Positions 57,464 to 64,000 of a DNA stretch of 64,000 nt are shown piece by piece. The notes beneath the pieces were generated by a model. The model saw only the letters and a program-made list of their open reading frames with translations, had not been told where the DNA came from and made no database searches. Positions within the stretch are counted from its first letter, which is position 1; every line of letters begins with the position of its first letter. The translations under genes were made by a program, and so were the position numbers. The stretch comes from Monocercomonoides exilis PA203 (Eukaryota > Protista > Preaxostyla), in contig LSRY02000013.1 of NCBI GenBank assembly GCA_001643675.2, positions 868,001 through 932,000 on the forward strand, read 5' to 3'.

Positions 57464-59681
57464 ATGGCTCCTTTATTTGGCAGAAAAGAGTTATTTGAAT
57501 GGTCTGTAAATTCTTTAAAATGATTAGCAGAATTATAATAAACTTTGCTCAAAATTGTCACTTGTGTTTAGGGCTTCTGGGCAACTTAATATAACTTCAA
57601 TCAAAGATGGAGATTTTAAGGTAAAATATTCACTTAATTGATTATCAATCAAATTCATTTTGCAAACAATTATTAACAGGATGGAACAGCCTTTCTCCAA
57701 CTATTTCAAAATGTATTTCCAAAGTTAAGAATCAAAATAACTTTTCCACAAGTTTGAAATTATTTTTGCGAAAAATAAAATATGAATTCATTCAATTTTT
57801 TTGTTGCACTACAAATGTTAATTTGTTTATTTATTATCAGAAAGTGCCACCTCCAGAAATTGAAGTTCAAAGAAACTGGAAGGAAATTAATTATATTTGC
57901 CAAGAAATGAGGATTCCTGGAACAATTTTCGATCAAAAATCAGTTTCACTTGGCAAAATGAATGCAATTTGTTCTCCACTCGTTTTGTATGATATTTATC
58001 AGTTCGTTTATAAAAAGCAAATAATTTTAATTTTTTAATAGACTATATTTCTTGAGCGTTTTGAGAAGCCAAAAGGAATATTTGGTTGATTTCAATTTTA
58101 GTGTCAATCCAGATGTTACAAAGTTTTTGGAAAGCAAAGATTTGTATCGTGCTCTTGTGAAGGGAGGGTTTGGATTCATTGGTTAGAAATTACTTTTTCA
58201 TTAAATAGTTGTTTCTTTGCAGAGCAATAATAAAACAAAAAAAATCACTTGGAGATACAAGGGAAGTACCTCAGCCGCTGAATGAAGAGAGTAACGGTGC
58301 GATTAAAGGACAAACAGAAGATCCATCCTCCTCTCAATCAGACGCTGCTGAAGATGAAAGGACACCAGATGCAACAGAAAAAGATGAAGATAATGATTTG
58401 AATCAAAAGGAAGGCGAACAAGCAGATGAGCTGAAAAATGAAGAGAATGAAGAGAACAAAGAAAACGAAGAAAAAAGCAAAGAAGAAGAGAAAGAAGAAG
58501 AGGAAAAGGAGAGAGAGGATGAGAGCGAGAGTGAGAGCGAAGAAGAGGAAGAGGAGGAGGAACAGGAAGAAAAAGAAGAAAATGACATGAATGAAAATGG
58601 AGAGGAAGATAAAATGATTGACTCAGCAAAGTTATCATTCAGAAAGGACAAGGAAAATGAGGAACAAACTGGAAAAGGAGAAGAAGAAGAAGAGGAGGAG
58701 AAAGAAGAAGAGGAAGAAGAAGAAGAATTGGATGAAGAAGGAGATAATGCACTTTTATATGTTGAAAGGCAGAAAGAAGAAGGAATTGAAATGAAGCAGC
58801 AAGAAAACAATGAGATTTGTGCAGATTTGAATGAAGACACAGAAAAGAGAAGAGAAGAAGAAGAGGGCGAAGAAGAAGAAGGAGAAGATGAAGAAGAAAA
58901 TGGGCAAAGACAGTTCATTTCCTCTTTTCTTGCATCTTATCGAATGAAAGCTGAAGATAACAGCAACAATACAAATGAAATCGAACACAATGAAACAACC
59001 TTCGCATCACAGCAAAAGCTGAACAAACAACAACAGTGTCAATCAGAGCAAGAAATGAATTCTATTGCAAATTCTGACTCAAAAACGCTGCTTCGTCTTT
59101 TGTGTGCTTCGAATCGCTTCATCGCGTCTGAGATTTGGACACACGACGTTCTGGAGAGCAGAATCCAAGATGCGAAGAATGGGAAGAGAATGAAGAAAGG
59201 GAAGAGAAACAGGAATAAAAAAGACAGCCAGCATCGCCTGCTGAAAGCGACGCCTCCATTCTGCTTGAATGATGAAGCGCTTCACCCGGCTTTGCAGCCT
59301 TGTTTAAATGCTTCCACAGATAATCTTTCTTCTTCTTCTTCTATTTCTTCTTCCTCCTCCTCCTCTTCTTCTTCCTCTTCCTCTACCTCTTCTTCCTCTT
59401 CTCTCTCCCTTTCTGACTTAGTCGTCATTCTCAACCAGCAGCTCCGTGCAATGGAAGCCAAGAACAGCGCCCAGGTGCAGACGATGGCGGCCAATGTGAG
59501 TCAGCTTCTGCAGATGAAAGACGAAGAGAAGCAGAGACAGGCGCTGATGCAGCAGCAGCTCCACGAAATGGACAGGCAGAATTTGATTGAACAGTTTGAA
59601 GGGAAGGTTTGGGAAATGAATTGGTGTTTCTTTTTTTTCTTTTCTTTTCTTTTTTTTTTTTATTTTCTTTTCTTTTCTTTT

Positions 59682-59714
<33 letters not shown>

Positions 59715-62700
59715 CAAATTAATTTTATTGATACCATTTTTTATTGACGAAATGACACGAAACATTTTTTTTATTATGTTGTATTTTATTTTTATTTTTA
59801 TTTATTATTTTCCAATCAACATCCACAGCTTCGCTCACTGCTATCGACTTTTCCTTTGGCCACGTCAGACAACCAGACTCAACAAAAAGATGGAATAAGA
59901 CAGCTGCAGTCTCAAATAAATGCTGTTATGAGTTCTTTAGAGCAGTCAAAAGCAGAAAGAGAAAGAGAAAAAATGGAAAGAGAAAAAAAGACAGAAATAG
60001 CGCTGAATGAGATGGAGCAGAACGAAAAGGAGAGAATGGAAAGAATGAAAGCTCTGATTGACTCGCTTTCCAATTCATCATCCTTATCATCATCATCATC
60101 ATCAACTTCTTCTTCTTCTTCTTCTTCTGCTTCATCTTCATCCTCTTCAAATGCAGAAAAGTTATCTCCATTGTTATTGAAAGCGAACAATAACAACAAG
60201 AACTCTGCACTCACTTTGTCAGGTCTTTCTTCCAACATCACTCAATCTTCTTCTTCTTCTTCTTCTTCTTCTCCTCCTCCTTCCTCTTCAAAAGGCATCG
60301 AAGCCGAGCTGTTGGAGTCACTAGTGTGTCTACAAAAGGAGAACGAGCTGCTGCGTGCAGAGAATGAGAGACTTAAAAAGGAGAATGCGATTGTGAAGGA
60401 GGTGTGGCAGGAAGAGAGAGAAGACAAACTGACAGCGAGGGTTTTCTATCAACCAGGCGCTGAAAGAGAGAAGGAGGAGAAGAGGAAGAGGGAGAAGGAG
60501 ATTAGAAGGGGAATGGAAGAGAAGAAAGGTGAAAGAACCAATGAAGCAGTTCAGAATGAGAAGGAAGAAGAAAGAGACGAAGAAGAAGAAGAAGAAGAAG
60601 AAGAGATGCCTCCATGGATGGCAGATGGAGATGTGATGGCTGCAGTTGTTGCTCTGACAGAGAATGTGGAAGGGCAAATAACGCAAGTGACACAGATTGA
60701 CAGCTCTAACAAGGAAAAAGAAGAAAGAAAAGAAGGAAAAGAGGAAGGAAAAGAGGTAGCAATTCAATCAGGTGATTCAGAAGATCCTGAAAGAATAACA
60801 GGAAGCTCTTCATTAGCACAAGTGAATGATAATAATAACAATAACAATAATAATAACAATGAGATGAAATGGGCAGTCAAAGAGAAAGAGCTGAAGAGAG
60901 AGATCAACATGCTGTGTGATGCACTGAGCTTGGCACTGAAGAGAGGCTTTTATGAGACAAAGGTGCTTTCTGAAGAGGAGAAGAAGGAGAAGAAGAGAAG
61001 AAGACAAGCAAAGCAGATGAAGCAGAAGAGAATGGAAGAGAAAGAAGGAGGAGAAGGAGAAGGAGAAGAAATGAAAGAAGAACAAAACGCAACAAAAGAC
61101 AGAAGAGAAGAGAAGAAGGATGGAAACAGCAAAGGAAGTGTGTATGCTGAAAAGTACTTGAAGTTCTCTTCATTCAGAGGATGGCTGCCAACAACGCTTG
61201 TTGGGAAGAGGTCGAAGAAGATGCAGAGAAGCAAAGAAAGAAGAGACAGACAGGAAAAGAGAGCACAAAGAATGAACGAGAAGATGATGGCGAATGGAGA
61301 AGGAGACAACGAAAATGAAGATAACAGCAATTACAATGAAGAAGATGCTAAAGACATCAAAGAGGCTCAACTTCTGGGTGAAGAAGAGGAAATGATGGAC
61401 GAAGCGAAAATTGACAGAAACAGCAGATTCGACTTGATCATCACCCTTTTGGAGTTCCTGGCGAATTTTGTGGTGTCCAGCAAAGAGAAAAGATTTGGCA
61501 CACAAACAGCTTCAAAGTCAGCACAATCTGATTTATCTGCATCAGCCTCTGCCTCTGCCTCTGCCTCTTCCTCTGCTGCAGCAACAGCAACGCAATCAAG
61601 CTCGCTTGTGCCGTCTTCTTCTCCTGTTAGCTCATCAACTATTGAAGTGTTCCAGCAGATGTTTGATACGATTTCCTCATCAAATTCTTCATCCTCATCA
61701 TCATCTTCTTCTTCCTCTCATCCCACACTGGATGAACTAGATGCACTCCAGCACATTGTGGCTGTGCTAACAAAGGCTGTCTGGCGTGTGTTTGCTGAGA
61801 CTGAGCTGTTTGCCAACCGAATTGCACGTGCCAGAAGATGCATTCTGAGGCAGCATGCTGCGCTGGAGTCAGTCCAGACACAGCTGCAGATGAACAGAAC
61901 GGCACTGCGGACAGCAAACCATCGTCTGCTGATGCTGGTAGAGTCAGCTGGGAGGGATAAAAGAATGACGATTGAGAAAGAGGCAAAGTGGGAAGCTAAG
62001 CTGAAGCTGGAAGAAGAACAAAGAGAGCAGGCAGAGAATGAGGCACAGGAACTGTCCAATCAGCTGAGACAGACGCGCACAGCGCTAGTGGCTGCAGAAG
62101 CAGACATTGCAACATTACAAGCGATGACTTCACCACAAACAATGAAAGCGAATTCAGATGAAGAAGATAAAAGTGTGTTGGCAGCATCAATGACAGCATC
62201 GCCTTTAAGACCAAAGTATGGGCAGGGTGCTTCAGTTCTGTCATCAACTGTGCCATCATCACCAGTCTCAGCAGCATCTTCGTCTCTTGGCTCAACCTCC
62301 TCTTCCGTTCAGTCTTCTCTTCCGTTCTCCTCCTCTTCATTCCACTCCCACACATTCCCTTATCTTTCCTCCTCTCTCCGCCGCTTGAACGAGGCGTGCA
62401 CTTGCTTGTCTGCAAGAGACACGCTGTGGCTGAAGCTGTCGGATCTGCGGCTGGACCAGCTGTACATTGCACTGAAGAAGGACGATGCGAAAGACCAGGA
62501 AACACAGAGAAGTCTGATGATGCAGGCAGAAGAGACAGAGAAAGGCATAAGAGAGTGTGTGGGGAGGATAAGGGCGTGGGGGGAGAGGCTGAAGCAGATT
62601 GAGAGAGGGCAGGCTGTGGAAGAGAAGGAAGACGAGAAAAGAGGAAGAGCATTTGCGAAGGATTTGAAGGGAAACAAAGCAAAAGGTGCTGCAAAAGGCA

Positions 62701-63770
62701 AACTTGAGGGAAGAAGAGGAAAAGAAGCAGAGAAGGAGAAGAAAGAGGAGGAACAAGGAGATGTGATGACGTTGGATCCAGCAGCTGTTCCGATGGAAGT
62801 TGTGCTTCAACATCTGTACAACACTCGCATAGAAACAACTCAACAGAGGAAGAAGAAGGGGAAAGAGGAAGAAAATGTCGAAAGCGATGAGACGAAACAA
62901 AACGATTTATCAATCACAAGGGAAAAAGCAATCAAAGAAGACAATAACGAAGAAGACGAAGAAGAAGACATTCCTGTTTATCTTCCCCCAAGTGGCGGAA
63001 GCGACAAGAAGGCGTTTGGCTTTGCATTGCGCCTGGCAAGCGATGCGACAGTTGAACTTAGACGCATGTTGGAGTCAGTCATCAGTGGAATGGACGAACT
63101 GAATGGCAAAGTGGCAGAGGCAGAGAATTCAGCAGCAGATGCGAAGAGGAAAGCGGAGGACATGCAGAGGGAAAAGGAGGCGAAAGAGGAGCTGCTGAAA
63201 GAAGTGGCGCAGAAGATGAAAGACGAAGTGGATGCGAGAGAAAAAGCAGTGGAGCAGGCGTATCAGGAAGTGAATGCGCTGAAGAAGGAGGTGGAGAAGA
63301 GGGATGTGGAAGATGCATTGACGATGAGGGTGCGAAGGAGAAGCAAAGACAAAGCAGGCGAGGGAAAAGAAGTGAGGAGGCAGTTGCTGAAGGAAGAAGG
63401 CATCATTGGAGATGAAACAGAAGAAGGCACAGAAGAGGATAGCAGCGAAGAGGAAAAAGATGAAGATGAAATTGAGAAGATGGAGACAGTTGCTGTGATG
63501 CTGATGCCACTCAAACAAGAAACAGTGCAAATTGATTCATTCAAACAAAGCGAGGAAATAAAAGAAGAAGAGACAGAAAATCAGGTGATTGTGGAAGATT
63601 CGTCGAATAACTTGACTGAAAAGGAAAACGCTGAGGAAGAGCTTCCAACAACCAAAGAAGAAACTGAAGAAATTGTTCAACAAACAAATATTGTTGGTGA
63701 AGAAGAGGAAGATGATGCAAATAACCAGCCAGAGGAAATGAAAGAAGAGGAACAAACAGAAAATTTATAA
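57464..63770 (+). CDS. Large low-complexity coiled-coil protein with N-terminal calponin-homology-like domain; multi-exon
   Basis: MAPLFGRKELFEW|ASGQLNITSIKDGDFK|DGTAFLQLFQN|KVPPPEIEVQRNWKEI is CH-like. ORFs 58209..59747 and 59856..63770 join in phase 0 through intron 59607-59828. Confidence 0.7.
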
Positions 63771-64000
63771 AAGGCTAAATCTTTAACAAGAACAATAAAT
63801 GCTCATTGACAAACTCAGCAATAAAAAAAAGTATTTTTTATGTTATTCAGAGTAGTTTTGAAAAATGTGGAAAATTTAGTTTTGTTTTTTTTGATCTTTC
63901 ACTTTATCTCACTCTATCTCGTTTCACGAAATTTTATATCTCTTTTCATGACACCATTTTTTTTTATTTCTATAATCGTTTTTATTATTTCAAAACACAT

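Overview
Gene-dense, AT-rich eukaryotic DNA with short GT-AG introns, the standard genetic code and Ser/Glu/Lys low-complexity proteins. It most resembles an oxymonad (Monocercomonoides-like) protist, which is an inference from the gene families. Multi-exon housekeeping and ciliary genes: a 3-RRM Nam8/RBP47-like protein, RIO1, FAM161-like, CK2 alpha, EFHC/RIB72, HDDC2, DPM1, an RPGRIP1L-like C2 protein and a CH/coiled-coil protein. Two intronless ~3,000-aa receptor-like genes (signal peptide, Cys-capped beta-helix/Pmp-like modules, TM helix, pseudokinase) form a ~10-kb inverted duplication around an ~11.8-kb spacer and show patchwork divergence. A transposon-rich interval (42.5-52 kb) holds a TA-flanked MITE and a dead pogo-type DD35D transposon. 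The right TIR of that transposon is split by a 3.7-kb element with perfect 163-bp TIRs and an 8-bp TSD. This element carries a captured, decayed fragment of the same giant receptor family (Pack-MULE-like) and is the most notable finding. A perfect 345-bp foldback lies next to the duplication junction.
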